Source: Theionarchaea archaeon (GTDB lineage: Archaea > Methanobacteriota_B > Thermococci > Methanofastidiosales > SZ-28-30). From it: a DNA stretch of 36,275 bases. A model generated the notes under the pieces. The model did not search any database, had not been told where the DNA came from, and saw nothing but the letters and a program-made list of their open reading frames with translations. The stretch covers positions 1 through 36,275 of the forward strand of contig JACVGW010000016.1 in NCBI GenBank assembly GCA_018992565.1, given 5' to 3'. This document shows positions 26,746 through 36,275 of this stretch, piece by piece; within the stretch, counting starts at the first letter, position 1; each line of letters begins with the position of its first letter. The translations under genes were made by a program, and so were the position numbers.

Positions 26746-27813
26746 CTACTTATACCGCAGCAGCCCTGCAACGTGGCCAATTCTCTTAATATCTTCATTA
26801 CTTGTGAATTCTACAAGAGAATCTGTTTCTTCAGCAAACCTAACGAGTTCTTCCACAATGTCAGCTTCTGCTGTTTCCTTCCCACAGACAGGGCATGACG
26901 CTAGAATCCCGTCTCCTGCGCTCTGGCAGTGTTCACATTTCCATCCTCTCTGCTTATAGTCCTTCTCCACAAGCAAGACTTCTACCTGTCCATTTTTCGC
27001 TGCATTCAGGGTGGCAGGAATGCCGTAGACCGCCAATCCATTGGTGAGGATATCCTTCTTTATAACCTCAAGCAACTCTATCCGTTCCTCTTTCTCTCTT
27101 TCTGCCATGATTTCGTGGGATTCTTCAAAGATCTCCCTTTCGCCACCCATATCAACATCAACCACAGAGAGAACACCCTCTTGCAGGTTCTTGGGAAGCA
27201 TTTCATAAAACGTTTTTTTCGCTTCACCGGGACCGGCCAGTATTATATCTTTTTCTGCAGTTCTTGTGAGTTCTTCCACCACGTCTTTCAGGAAAGCGTG
27301 TATACTTCCTTTTCTCAACCTCTGAAAGCGTGCTTGGGACATACCACCTTTCTTATGCCTGTTCTTGATGTGTGCAGAAAGCTCTTCTTCCTCTGTTATT
27401 TCACCACATGAGAACGTGAAGATTTTCGCATGGTTGGAATTGAGTAGCACAAGCGTATATGCCTGCCACTCATCTGCAAACTCAGCCAATGGCCGAATAT
27501 ATGGGGCTGTGTCAACCACAAGCGCGTTTTCCACCTCAGCAGGAAAAGAGACAACCTCGAAATAATCATGTTTGTCAGAAGCGAATACTGCTATGTCTGA
27601 GGGTTTGTGGCCTTCTAGGTACGTCTTTATCTTTTCCATTGTCTTCATGAAGGTTTCCAATTCCTCACGGTTCAAGACTGACTCAACAGCTTTCTCTCTA
27701 TTCCGGATAAAGTGCTCATCTCTTCCATCAAAATATAAGCTGACAAAGGTATCCATATTCTCTTCATCATGGATGATAGCGAGATCCTTCAAGGATTCAT
27801 TACATGCTTTCAT
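26746..27813 (-). CDS. eRF1/aRF1-like peptidyl-tRNA hydrolase paralog (baeRF10/VLRF1-like)
   Basis: FVSLY N-domain, PYIRPL, RHKKGGMSQARFQR catalytic loop, ILAGPG, C-terminal eRF1_3 domain with CEHC..CPVC zinc ribbon and GLLRY end. Confidence 0.85.
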   Translation of the reverse strand: MKACNESLKDLAIIHDEENMDTFVSLYFDGRDEHFIRNREKAVESVLNREELETFMKTMEKIKTYLEGHKPSDIAVFASDKHDYFEVVSFPAEVENALVVDTAPYIRPLAEFADEWQAYTLVLLNSNHAKIFTFSCGEITEEEELSAHIKNRHKKGGMSQARFQRLRKGSIHAFLKDVVEELTRTAEKDIILAGPGEAKKTFYEMLPKNLQEGVLSVVDVDMGGEREIFEESHEIMAEREKEERIELLEVIKKDILTNGLAVYGIPATLNAAKNGQVEVLLVEKDYKQRGWKCEHCQSAGDGILASCPVCGKETAEADIVEELVRFAEETDSLVEFTSNEDIKRIGHVAGLLRYK

Positions 27814-27892
27814 AGAACTAAAAAAGCTAGGCGATATTTAAAGAGTTGTCTCCATATGGGATGCATCCATGCTTTGTGAGGTAATAGATCTC

Positions 27893-28885
27893 TCAGAGCT
27901 CAAGGTCAAGATTGCTCACATGTACGCCTTTCTCTTCTCTCATGATACCTAGGGTGACTGCTTCACTCTTCAGAATGCCCAGAACGTCCTTTTCCACTTC
28001 CTCATCAACAATGATCACAAAGCCAATCCCCATGTTAAAGGTCTTATACATCTCTTCTGTAGCGACTCCGCCCTTCTCCTGGATCTCAGAGAATAGAGGA
28101 GGAGGTTCCGGCATCTCAATATCAAATCCATATCCAGTGAGTCTCTTCAAGTTGAGCAGTCCGCCCCCTGTAATGTGGGCCATTCCCTTCACAGAGACAG
28201 ACTCCAAAACAGACATAACTGGTTTTACATAGATGCGGGTAGGTGTCAACAATGCAATAAGAGTTTCCTCATCTTCTGAGCCATCCAGAAGCACTCTCCG
28301 GGCAAGTGACAGTCCATTGCTATGGATTCCAGAACTTCTCAGCCCAATGACAATATTTCCAGGGGTGATACCCTCTCCAGTTACGATTCTGTCCTTTTTC
28401 ACAAATCCCAAAGCAGTCCCGGCCAGATCAAAATTTACCTCATGGCCTCTCATATTGGGGTGTGTGGCAGTTTCACCTCCAATGATCACAACATTGGCCT
28501 GTCTGGCACCCTCTAAAAGTCCTTTTCCAAATTCCGCCAGGAAGTGCTCATCAGTCTCGTCCATCACCACATAATCAGTGAATGCCATTGGTTCAACCCC
28601 ATTGCACAACAGATCATTCACGCACATAGCCACCAGATCGATCCCCAGAGTATCATATTTCTGGAGCCTCTTGGCCACAATAGTCTTGGTCCCTACTCCG
28701 TCAGTGGACAAAGCCAGAGCATACTCCCCAAACTCCATCAGTCCGGAAAAATGACCGATCTCAGTCAAGGGCTTCCCCAGGCCTTCCCTGAAGGAAAAAC
28801 TCTCCCTGACTATCTTCGTTATCACTGACACAGACCGTTCTTCCTGGTTGATATCTACTCCTGCCTTGGCATAGCTCATTTTCAT
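27893..28885 (-). CDS. purM: Phosphoribosylformylglycinamidine cyclo-ligase (AIR synthetase)
   Basis: [49 protein letters not shown]. Confidence 0.97.
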   Translation of the reverse strand: MKMSYAKAGVDINQEERSVSVITKIVRESFSFREGLGKPLTEIGHFSGLMEFGEYALALSTDGVGTKTIVAKRLQKYDTLGIDLVAMCVNDLLCNGVEPMAFTDYVVMDETDEHFLAEFGKGLLEGARQANVVIIGGETATHPNMRGHEVNFDLAGTALGFVKKDRIVTGEGITPGNIVIGLRSSGIHSNGLSLARRVLLDGSEDEETLIALLTPTRIYVKPVMSVLESVSVKGMAHITGGGLLNLKRLTGYGFDIEMPEPPPLFSEIQEKGGVATEEMYKTFNMGIGFVIIVDEEVEKDVLGILKSEAVTLGIMREEKGVHVSNLDLEL

Positions 28886-29283
28886 GGTTCTTCCTCTCTA
28901 CAGGTGGAAAGCTTCAGTATCCTCAATGCCAGGTATGCTGCATTCTCTGCATTGTCAATCCCCACACACGCTACAGGAACGCCCTTGGGCATTTGGACAA
29001 TGGAGAGGAGGGCATCAAGCCCGCCCACTTTTGCAGAAACAGGCACGCCAATTACAGGTTTGTCAGTTAGTGATGCGATGAATCCTGGCAGAGCAGCAGA
29101 TAATCCCGCCACTGCGATATACACATCATACCCCTTTTCTACCAGACTCTGCACCTTCCTAGGATCTCTATGGGCAGAGGCAACCTCCAGATCATAGTCC
29201 ACCTGGTTTCCTTCCAGAATGAACCCTGCTTTCTGCGCAATGTCCATGTCAGATTCAGAACCACATACAATCAACACGTTCAT
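28882..29283 (-). CDS. purE: N5-CAIR mutase / AIR carboxylase
   Basis: [44 protein letters not shown] 29283 overlaps the purT stop. Confidence 0.95.
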   Translation of the reverse strand: MNVLIVCGSESDMDIAQKAGFILEGNQVDYDLEVASAHRDPRKVQSLVEKGYDVYIAVAGLSAALPGFIASLTDKPVIGVPVSAKVGGLDALLSIVQMPKGVPVACVGIDNAENAAYLALRILKLSTCREEEP

Positions 29284-30551
29284 GAAACCACATGCTTTTC
29301 CTTCATCCACTGAGGCTTCCAGGTGGGATTCTCGTTCGTTTTTATTTCTACACAGTGAGCTGTCAGCTCTGCCTCTTTAATAGCCTCTGCTACCGTGTCC
29401 GCCAGGGCCAGGGCCACTCCCAGTCTGCGCCCATGGTGAGGCTCATGGAAGGCATACGGCTTCTTGAAGATCCACACATCACCATGCTGCAGTGCCTTGT
29501 CTATTCCTCTGAACTGAGGGTTCCACCCTTCACTGGGAGATACAATAACGTGGGATGCTCCAGGGCCAATGCTGTTGAGTATCCTGACCCCGTCTTCCTC
29601 CTGGTACAATCGGGGTTCAATAGGTACCTGGGATACTGCCCTGATATGCAGCCCTGATTGGGAATACCCGGGATAGTGTGTCTTAAAGGTGACCATTCCC
29701 GTATCATGAGGTCTGCAGCTCACCTCGTTGACATACACTTTCTTGTTCTCGAAATCCAGAAACTGCTCTACTGCATGGATACCTCTCCCTTTCTTTCCAG
29801 CCAGCGCTAGTGTGGCTTTCTCAGCAAAGCTATATACCTGGTCTTTGACAGCTTCAAACCCTTTTCTTTCTTCCTCATTCCTGTAGATGGGCTGCCAACT
29901 GGAATGGTAATCTCCATGTAACTGGTAGTGGCCCAGGGTTTTGCAGAAGTGCGTCCCATTGTTTCGCACCACCAGCTGGTTGTCCTCAGTGCTGAAAGGT
30001 ATGTATTCCTCCACAATGACGTCTTCACTGGGTTTTCTGGCTTTCTTGCGTTCGTCCCATGCTGCCTGAACGTCCTCTTTGCTATTGACAATGTACGATC
30101 CGTGTCCCGACGAGGAGAACCTGGCCTTTGTAATGCACGTGTAGTTGAAGTCTTTGCAGGCAGCCTCAAAGTCTTCAGCAGTGGAGGTGAAATGGTACTG
30201 AGACACCCTGACACCTGCCTTGTCCAGAGTCTCCCGCAGCCTGAACCGGTCCATGGCAATTTTCTGTGCTTCAGCTCGAGGAGAGACAAAAATACCCTTA
30301 TCCTCAAACTCACTGAGAGCCTCCAAGTTAATAGCCTCGATTTCAGGCACAATAAAATCGGGGTTTTCCTTCTCCACCAGGTGCTTCAAGAACCCTTTTT
30401 CAGTCATGTTGCCAGTATAGGCTCTATCTGCTGGATACTGGGCAGGAGCACCCATGTACCTGTCAACTGCTACTGTCTCCAGCCCAAGTCTCTGAGCTTC
30501 AATAATCACTTCCTTTCCCAACTCTCCTGAACCCAACAACATCATCTTCAC
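29280..30551 (-). CDS. purT: Formate-dependent GAR transformylase (ATP-grasp)
   Basis: [45 protein letters not shown]. Confidence 0.95.
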   Translation of the reverse strand: MKMMLLGSGELGKEVIIEAQRLGLETVAVDRYMGAPAQYPADRAYTGNMTEKGFLKHLVEKENPDFIVPEIEAINLEALSEFEDKGIFVSPRAEAQKIAMDRFRLRETLDKAGVRVSQYHFTSTAEDFEAACKDFNYTCITKARFSSSGHGSYIVNSKEDVQAAWDERKKARKPSEDVIVEEYIPFSTEDNQLVVRNNGTHFCKTLGHYQLHGDYHSSWQPIYRNEEERKGFEAVKDQVYSFAEKATLALAGKKGRGIHAVEQFLDFENKKVYVNEVSCRPHDTGMVTFKTHYPGYSQSGLHIRAVSQVPIEPRLYQEEDGVRILNSIGPGASHVIVSPSEGWNPQFRGIDKALQHGDVWIFKKPYAFHEPHHGRRLGVALALADTVAEAIKEAELTAHCVEIKTNENPTWKPQWMKEKHVVS

Positions 30552-30560
30552 ACAATCACC

Positions 30561-31988
30561 TCACGTTTCAATTTTTCCAATCCCGGGGATCCAGTCAATA
30601 TTGCGGCCTATCAGCCCATGGTGCCCCCTGTACTGGTAAACATCACGCACCAGCTGAGCAGTCCGCATTCTCTTGTCCAGGAGCCCCTGAGATCCGATGT
30701 CATGACGATGGAACAGCTTCCAGTCAGAACTCACATAGCGAGTGGCCTTCTCTGCAATAGTCCCTGCTTTGACAATAGTATCAGCTTCTGCGTAGATTTC
30801 CACGGCGCGCGAACCTCCTGTGTACAAATCCCCCTCATCCTCATAGACAGAACCAAAGAACACCTGTGCTCCCAGGCCATGAATCTTCTCAAAATCAATC
30901 TGCAATTTCTTTCCCGTTCCCATGCCCCTTTCGTTTGGATATCCTTTGGGAGAAATACACTTCACAACAGTGGCCGTGTCCTTAATGCGTGGTTTCACCT
31001 TGGCAAGGCTCCCCTTGAGATACCCCTCACAGACTTCATCAAAGTTTTCCAGAATATTCATGACATTGACCGCTTCCGGGTCTCCCAACCGGGCATAATA
31101 TTCAATGATGGTGGGACCCCACTTGTCTGTGAGCATGAACTGCCCTGTGATGACCCCACAATACGTCTCACCAGTTTCCGTTCTGATGGACTGGACTGAC
31201 TGCTCCATGATCTCCAGGGATTTCCTGTACTCAGAATTCTCAATAAAAGGCAGTATCCCTCTTCCCGACACTGCGCCCATTCCTCCAGTTTCAGGACCAA
31301 TATCTTCCTCGAATGCGTGGGGGTGATCCTGTACCAGTGGAAGCGGCACCACGGCAGTACCATCAGTGAAACACTGCAGCGAGTACTCCACACCTTCCAC
31401 TCGCTCTTCAATGAGAATCTGGTCTTCCAGATCCTGAGATAGATGTTCCTGCATGATCTGTTCTGCATGTTTTTTCTTGGCATCCTTCTTCTCTTCCTGA
31501 AGGTACGCCTGCAGGTCTGCAATAACCTTGACTCCCTTTCCTCCTGCCTGTCTGGCAGGTTTGATAGCAATGCTTCCTGCGTACTCATCAATATACCTCA
31601 AGGCAGTCTCTGTATCAGTAAAGGTTTTAAATCGCAAAGATCCGTGAATGTTGTTCTTTTCCAACAATCGACGCATGAATGCTTTTGATCGTTCAATTTC
31701 TGCTGCTTTCTTCTTAGCACCGATACAGACATGCCCTCTCTTGAGGATTTCGTCAGAAACCCCATGGAACAATGATTCTTCTGAGCCTATGAATACCAGA
31801 TCGGGAGATACCTCATCACAGTAGTCAGCTACTTCTTGAGGATTCAGTATGTCCACCATCTTGTATTGAGCAAGGCGAGCAATGCCGGGGTTCTTGTAGG
31901 GCATGGCAACGTGCACCTCATAGTACTGTGCTGCATTCTTTGCTATAGCATGTTCTCGTGCACCACCTCCCACCAGCAGGAATTTCAT
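30561..31988 (-). CDS. purD: Phosphoribosylamine--glycine ligase
   Basis: LVGGGAREHA, EIERSKAF, AGGKGV, QDHPHAFEEDIGPETGGMG, ARLGDPE; ATG 31988 after GGAGGTG. Confidence 0.95.
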   Translation of the reverse strand: MKFLLVGGGAREHAIAKNAAQYYEVHVAMPYKNPGIARLAQYKMVDILNPQEVADYCDEVSPDLVFIGSEESLFHGVSDEILKRGHVCIGAKKKAAEIERSKAFMRRLLEKNNIHGSLRFKTFTDTETALRYIDEYAGSIAIKPARQAGGKGVKVIADLQAYLQEEKKDAKKKHAEQIMQEHLSQDLEDQILIEERVEGVEYSLQCFTDGTAVVPLPLVQDHPHAFEEDIGPETGGMGAVSGRGILPFIENSEYRKSLEIMEQSVQSIRTETGETYCGVITGQFMLTDKWGPTIIEYYARLGDPEAVNVMNILENFDEVCEGYLKGSLAKVKPRIKDTATVVKCISPKGYPNERGMGTGKKLQIDFEKIHGLGAQVFFGSVYEDEGDLYTGGSRAVEIYAEADTIVKAGTIAEKATRYVSSDWKLFHRHDIGSQGLLDKRMRTAQLVRDVYQYRGHHGLIGRNIDWIPGIGKIET

Positions 31989-33226
31989 TGTGACACCTCC
32001 GCAGGATGTGGATTCCCCATTTCGCAGGAGCAGCACTCCTCGATTTCTGCGGGGTACTCCCCGGTCATGCACCCTGTACATACGGGCATTCCTATGAGTT
32101 CTGTAAGCTGTTCAACCTTTAGATAACTGAAAGAATCAGCTCCAATAATCCTGGAGATTTCCTCCTCTGTATTGTCCACAGCTATCAACTCATCTCTGGT
32201 AGGTACTTCCACCCCATAGGGACAGGGAGCTATCAACTTGGGAGAAGCAATTCTCACGTGTACTTCTTTAGCTCCTCGCCTGCGTAAGAGCGACACCGTA
32301 TTCCGCATGGTAGTTCCCCTGACCACAGAGTCATCAATGAGCACCACCCGTTTCCCGGCCACTGCCGTTCGCACGGGATTCAACTTCAGCTGGACACCAA
32401 TCATACGTTCCAGCTGGGTGGGTTTAATAGCTGTCCGGGTGGGTCTTCCAGTACGGACAAATCCAAGGTCCACCGGGATCCCATTCTTGTTTGCGTATGC
32501 CATGGCAAAGGGGATGGCGGTCTCAGGAACCCCAATGACTGCATCAGCATCATGAGGCTCCAGTGTTTCTCCGATGAGCTTCCTCACTGTGTGCACAGAC
32601 TTTCCAAAAACCTGGGAATCCGGCCTAGAAAAATACACGAATTCAAAAGCACATACAGCTTTCTGTTTTGCTTTGTTTTCCAGAGAGTCAATGTAGAACT
32701 GGTCCACCACCACCACTTCGCCAGGTTTTATATCTCTGGAGTATTCAGCCCCAATAACGTCCAAGGCTGAACTTTCTGAAGAAATAACTGCCATATCAAA
32801 GCCAATACCTCCAATGCATAGAGGTCTTATACCGTAAGGGTCGCGGGCAGCATACATCACGTTATCCTTGAGTAGTAATAAGGCGTAGGCGCCTTCCAGA
32901 TCAGCAAGACAGTCTTCAACCTTTTTTCCACTCTTTATCTGGTTTGCAAGCCGTGATACATCAATACTGCCGTCATATACAATGGTAATTCCATCATCAA
33001 AGTAGTAGCCCTCGTTGCGAGTAAATGCTCCCGCTATCCCGCAATACCCGCGGAGAGGAGAAAGATCCAGGTTATCTGCTGTCCCTCCGGTCACAGCGTG
33101 CGTATCTCCAACAGCCAGTGCGGACACTTCTTCTCCCCTGGTCTGAATCGCTACCAACCCGTAATAGAGGAATCGAGAAACATTCCATATCTCTTCAAAC
33201 GCATACATTCCTAATACTCCTGCCAT
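31985..33226 (-). CDS. purF: Amidophosphoribosyltransferase paralog lacking the N-terminal catalytic Cys
   Basis: Starts MAGVLG; QTRGEE replaces QHRGQD; keeps RDPYGIRPL, CAFEFVYFSRPDS, LIDDSVVRGTT, CTGC. Confidence 0.88.
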   Translation of the reverse strand: MAGVLGMYAFEEIWNVSRFLYYGLVAIQTRGEEVSALAVGDTHAVTGGTADNLDLSPLRGYCGIAGAFTRNEGYYFDDGITIVYDGSIDVSRLANQIKSGKKVEDCLADLEGAYALLLLKDNVMYAARDPYGIRPLCIGGIGFDMAVISSESSALDVIGAEYSRDIKPGEVVVVDQFYIDSLENKAKQKAVCAFEFVYFSRPDSQVFGKSVHTVRKLIGETLEPHDADAVIGVPETAIPFAMAYANKNGIPVDLGFVRTGRPTRTAIKPTQLERMIGVQLKLNPVRTAVAGKRVVLIDDSVVRGTTMRNTVSLLRRRGAKEVHVRIASPKLIAPCPYGVEVPTRDELIAVDNTEEEISRIIGADSFSYLKVEQLTELIGMPVCTGCMTGEYPAEIEECCSCEMGNPHPAEVSQ

Positions 33227-34578
33227 ATACATCCCTCCCGTTCTTTTTCTCTCAATGTCTCAAATTGAGCAGTACAGCACTCCACAGGATAATCCCCATC
33301 CAGGCAGGCCATGCACAGATCATCCAGTCCAATTGCTTTTCGGAGACCACCCAGCGTCTGGTACGTAACAGAATCCGCTCCTATTGAATCAATTTCACCT
33401 CTTGATGCAATTAATTCCCTTTTAGAGGGAAAATCTATACCGTAGAAACAAGGATATAATATCTTTGGGCATGAACTGAATAAATGGACTTCCTTAGCCC
33501 CTGCTTTCCGAATCAGTGACACAATCTTGCGAGAAGTTGTTCCTCTCACAATAGAATCATCAATTAACGCGACCTTCTTATCCTTTACCTCGGACTTGAT
33601 GACATTGAGCTTGCTGACAGCACGTTCTCGTTTCTGCTGCGTGCCCATGATGAAGCTTCTCCCTGCATACCTGTTCTTTATCAACCCTTCCCGATAGGGA
33701 ATACCGTGTTGTTCGGCAAATCCGAGAGCTGCAGGGCGGGCAGTATCGGGAACAGGAATAGCTACATCTACATCGTGCTGGAGGTTCAGATTCTTCCCCA
33801 GCTGCAGCCGTGCCTGGTACACGCTGCTCCCTTCAATAACTGAGTCGGCCCGTGAGAAGTACACCCACTCAAACATGCAATGCGCATGGTGCTCTCTCTT
33901 TAGCTGGGTCCGCATGAGGTCAGACCCGTCCACCACAATCATTTCACCGGGCAAAACGTCATTGACAGGAATGCCCCACTTGTCCAGGGCCACAGACTCT
34001 GACGCTGCCATAAACCCTCCGTTCTCACCAAATACCAGAGGTCTAATTCCCAGGGGATCTCTGAACACCACGATTTTTCCCTGGCTGTCAGCAACAATAG
34101 AAACAGCAGAGTAGCTGCCAAGTGTCCTGTTCATTACGTTTTCTATTGCCTGATCCAGCTCATTGTCAATAAGCTCTTCAGCCATTACATTCAGCAGCAA
34201 TTCACCGTCACAGTTGGACTGCAGCCTCCTTTTCTTCTCCATGAGTTCTTCACGCAGTTCACAGTAGTTGACTATATTGCCATTGTGGCACAGCCCGATG
34301 CCATAGGGATAATTGACATAGAAGGGCTGGGCATCTCTGACAGGATCAGTTCCTATGGTGGGATATCGCACATGACCAATGGCCAGCCTGTTCTTCTGGA
34401 CATTCCAGTTTGAAAATACCTCAGATACCAATCCAGTTCCCTTCTTCAAAGTTATTGTGTCATTGTAACAGAGAATACCACAAGAATCCTGTCCCCGGTG
34501 CTGAATACTCATGAGGCTCTCCAGCGCTAGCTGGGAAGCATTATCCTTTTGTCCTGCAATACTGACAATCCCGCACAT
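33211..34578 (-). CDS. purF: Amidophosphoribosyltransferase
   Basis: MCGIV, QHRGQD, GHVRYPT, HNGN, CMFEWVYFSR, IDDSIVRGTT, PCFYGID, CMAC. Confidence 0.96.
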   Translation of the reverse strand: MCGIVSIAGQKDNASQLALESLMSIQHRGQDSCGILCYNDTITLKKGTGLVSEVFSNWNVQKNRLAIGHVRYPTIGTDPVRDAQPFYVNYPYGIGLCHNGNIVNYCELREELMEKKRRLQSNCDGELLLNVMAEELIDNELDQAIENVMNRTLGSYSAVSIVADSQGKIVVFRDPLGIRPLVFGENGGFMAASESVALDKWGIPVNDVLPGEMIVVDGSDLMRTQLKREHHAHCMFEWVYFSRADSVIEGSSVYQARLQLGKNLNLQHDVDVAIPVPDTARPAALGFAEQHGIPYREGLIKNRYAGRSFIMGTQQKRERAVSKLNVIKSEVKDKKVALIDDSIVRGTTSRKIVSLIRKAGAKEVHLFSSCPKILYPCFYGIDFPSKRELIASRGEIDSIGADSVTYQTLGGLRKAIGLDDLCMACLDGDYPVECCTAQFETLREKEREGCIWQEY

Positions 34579-35343
34579 CTAAAGCCTCCTGGCATACTCT
34601 ATAATAGATTCAAAGACCAGTCGACCATGACCACCTGGTTCATGATCATGTCTGGTCCACTCCTGATTCTGGAACCTGTGAAATGCCCGTTCGGGATGGG
34701 GCATCATACCAAACACATTTCCCTGCTCGTTTGAAACGCCTGCAATATTGTATTGCGACCCGTTGGGGTTCCACGGGTATCCCGCGTAATGCCCTTGGGA
34801 ATTTACATACCGGAAGATCACCTGTCCATTCTCCATCAGTTCTTCAGTATGTGGTGATACAAACTTGCCCTCTGCATGTGCTGATGGTATCTCATAGATT
34901 GAACCGGTACCCATTTTCCGGGTGAATGCACAGTGATTCTCCAGTCTGAGGAGTGTCGGCCTGCACTCAAACCGTGCAGAATCATTGGTGGAAAGGCATG
35001 CCTCGGGGTGATCTGAAAGACGAGGCAAGAATCCCAGCTCCACCAAGACTTGAAATCCATTGCAAATTCCTCCCACGGGATACCCGTGTTCGACATATCT
35101 CTTCAATGCAGAAAAGAGCCTGCTCTTCATCCGAGCAGCAAAAATGGCTCCAGCCCGCACGTAATCGCCACTGGAAAACCCTCCTGGAATCATCAAACAT
35201 TGATAGGTGAAGAGGGTTTCCGGAGTTAACTCCTTTAAATGGACCATTTCAGGGTGGGCACCAAGTTCCAGAAAGGCGTCATAGGTTTCCTGTTCACAAT
35301 TGGTGCCTTCAATTCGCAGAATACATACTCGAATGGGACTCAT
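34579..35343 (-). CDS. purQ: FGAM synthase glutaminase subunit
   Basis: EGTNCE, PGGFSSGD, GICNGFQ, AHAEG, NPNGS, GMMPHPER; ATG 35343 overlaps the purL stop. Confidence 0.96.
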   Translation of the reverse strand: MSPIRVCILRIEGTNCEQETYDAFLELGAHPEMVHLKELTPETLFTYQCLMIPGGFSSGDYVRAGAIFAARMKSRLFSALKRYVEHGYPVGGICNGFQVLVELGFLPRLSDHPEACLSTNDSARFECRPTLLRLENHCAFTRKMGTGSIYEIPSAHAEGKFVSPHTEELMENGQVIFRYVNSQGHYAGYPWNPNGSQYNIAGVSNEQGNVFGMMPHPERAFHRFQNQEWTRHDHEPGGHGRLVFESIIEYARRL

Positions 35344-36275
35344 CCCATCATCCTCCATAAAGTATTCTCCCAGGCAGTCCGAACCTGGTCCAGAGAAAGG
35401 GTGATAACAGGGCTAATAGTGAAAGATTCATCAGTAACAACGCCTAGTTTATGGGCATCATCCCCCACAATCTGTTCAAACTCTTTCTCTTTTCCTTCAT
35501 AAATCTCCACTACCCATCGGGACGGTGACTCACTGAAGAGGGCAGGTTCCAGGTTCGTGTCATCAAGTGTTACGGTAACGCCAAGAGCTCCCCCCAGAGC
35601 CATCTCAGAAAGGCAGACACCCAGTCCTCCGTGGGATATATCATGGCAACTGGCAACAATGCCTCGTTCCATTGCAGTGAGCAGAGCTGATACTCTCTTC
35701 TTCAATACATCAGGAAACGTCCGGGGCACCTGGTTCCCGGCAACATGTCTCACCTGGTAGTACTCAGAGCCTCCCATCTCTCCTGCTGCACTACCCACCT
35801 GGTACAGACTGCTGCCCGGGGCCTTCAGGTCTGCAGTAACAGCATGACGGACATCTTCAATAATCCCTACTCCCAGAATGGTTGGAGTGGGCGGAATGGC
35901 TCCAGAATGGCTCTCATTGTAGAAGCTTACATTCCCTGAAACAAAGGAAATATTCATGACACTGGCAATTGCATACAATCCACGTGCAACCTGGAAGAAG
36001 TCGCCCAGACGTTCTGGTTTCTCTGGGTTACCGAAATTGAGACAATCGGCCAGAGAGTGGGGTACAGCTCCCACTGAAACCAGGTTTCTGCAGATTTCAT
36101 CTACCGCAGCTGCTGCTCCCCAGTAGGGGTCCAGTTCTACCCACCGCGGGTTAACATCTGCAGTAATGGCGAGCCCCTGATTTGAACCTCTCAAGGGTTT
36201 AATGACAGCAGCATCCCCGTGAGTGTAGTACCCAATCTTTCCATTCAGGGGTTTGATAACAGTCGAACCTCTCAC
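35340..36275 (-). CDS. purL: FGAM synthase large subunit, C-terminal part (5' end outside the window)
   Basis: GDAAV, DCLNFGNPEKP, SGNVSFYNE, PTPTI, HDISHGG, LFSES. Confidence 0.96.
   Translation of the reverse strand: MRGSTVIKPLNGKIGYYTHGDAAVIKPLRGSNQGLAITADVNPRWVELDPYWGAAAAVDEICRNLVSVGAVPHSLADCLNFGNPEKPERLGDFFQVARGLYAIASVMNISFVSGNVSFYNESHSGAIPPTPTILGVGIIEDVRHAVTADLKAPGSSLYQVGSAAGEMGGSEYYQVRHVAGNQVPRTFPDVLKKRVSALLTAMERGIVASCHDISHGGLGVCLSEMALGGALGVTVTLDDTNLEPALFSESPSRWVVEIYEGKEKEFEQIVGDDAHKLGVVTDESFTISPVITLSLDQVRTAWENTLWRMMG

Noticed and set aside
26559..26789. 76-aa plus-strand ORF between the TC-repeat gene and the release-factor gene
   Set aside because: TTG start in the opposite promoter, overlaps the release-factor 3' end, and has no motif.
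17638..31591. Many long antisense or alternate-frame ORFs (e.g. 18622..19299, 29928..30530, 30618..31199)
   Set aside because: Shadow ORFs that overlap well-supported genes.

Overview
Archaeal chromosomal window. Archaeal markers include RpoK, prefoldin beta, Elp3, archaeal AspRS, BRE/TATA promoters and GGAGGTGA-type SD sites. The gene content suggests an anaerobic, probably non-methanogenic euryarchaeote such as Theionarchaea or a relative (inference only). Left to right: a small secreted protein; DUF531/OsmC/Elp3/NUDIX genes; a four-gene heterodisulfide-reductase cluster (HdrA-MvhD fusion, an internally duplicated four-CCG HdrD-like protein, HdrC, HdrB); a tandem pair of double-HTH regulators; rpoK-aspS-cofD-DUS-like; an fwdD-fwdB-fwdA-ftr-fwdC operon; pfdB-DHH; an aminopeptidase; an accessory block (MFS transporter, Thr-Cys-repeat secreted or RiPP-like precursor, eRF1-like rescue factor); and a purine operon (purL-purQ-purF-purF2-purD-purT-purE-purM, minus strand, purL truncated by the window edge). 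Main oddities: the two regulators share 365-bp and 50-bp identical blocks while their HTH segments diverge; two genes appear to start at near-cognate codons (CTG, ACG), each 4 nt after a perfect GGAGGTGA; the TC-repeat precursor has no maturase in view; and a PurF paralog lacks its catalytic Cys. No tRNA, rRNA, CRISPR array or transposase was recognised. Family assignments come from motif recognition, not database searches.
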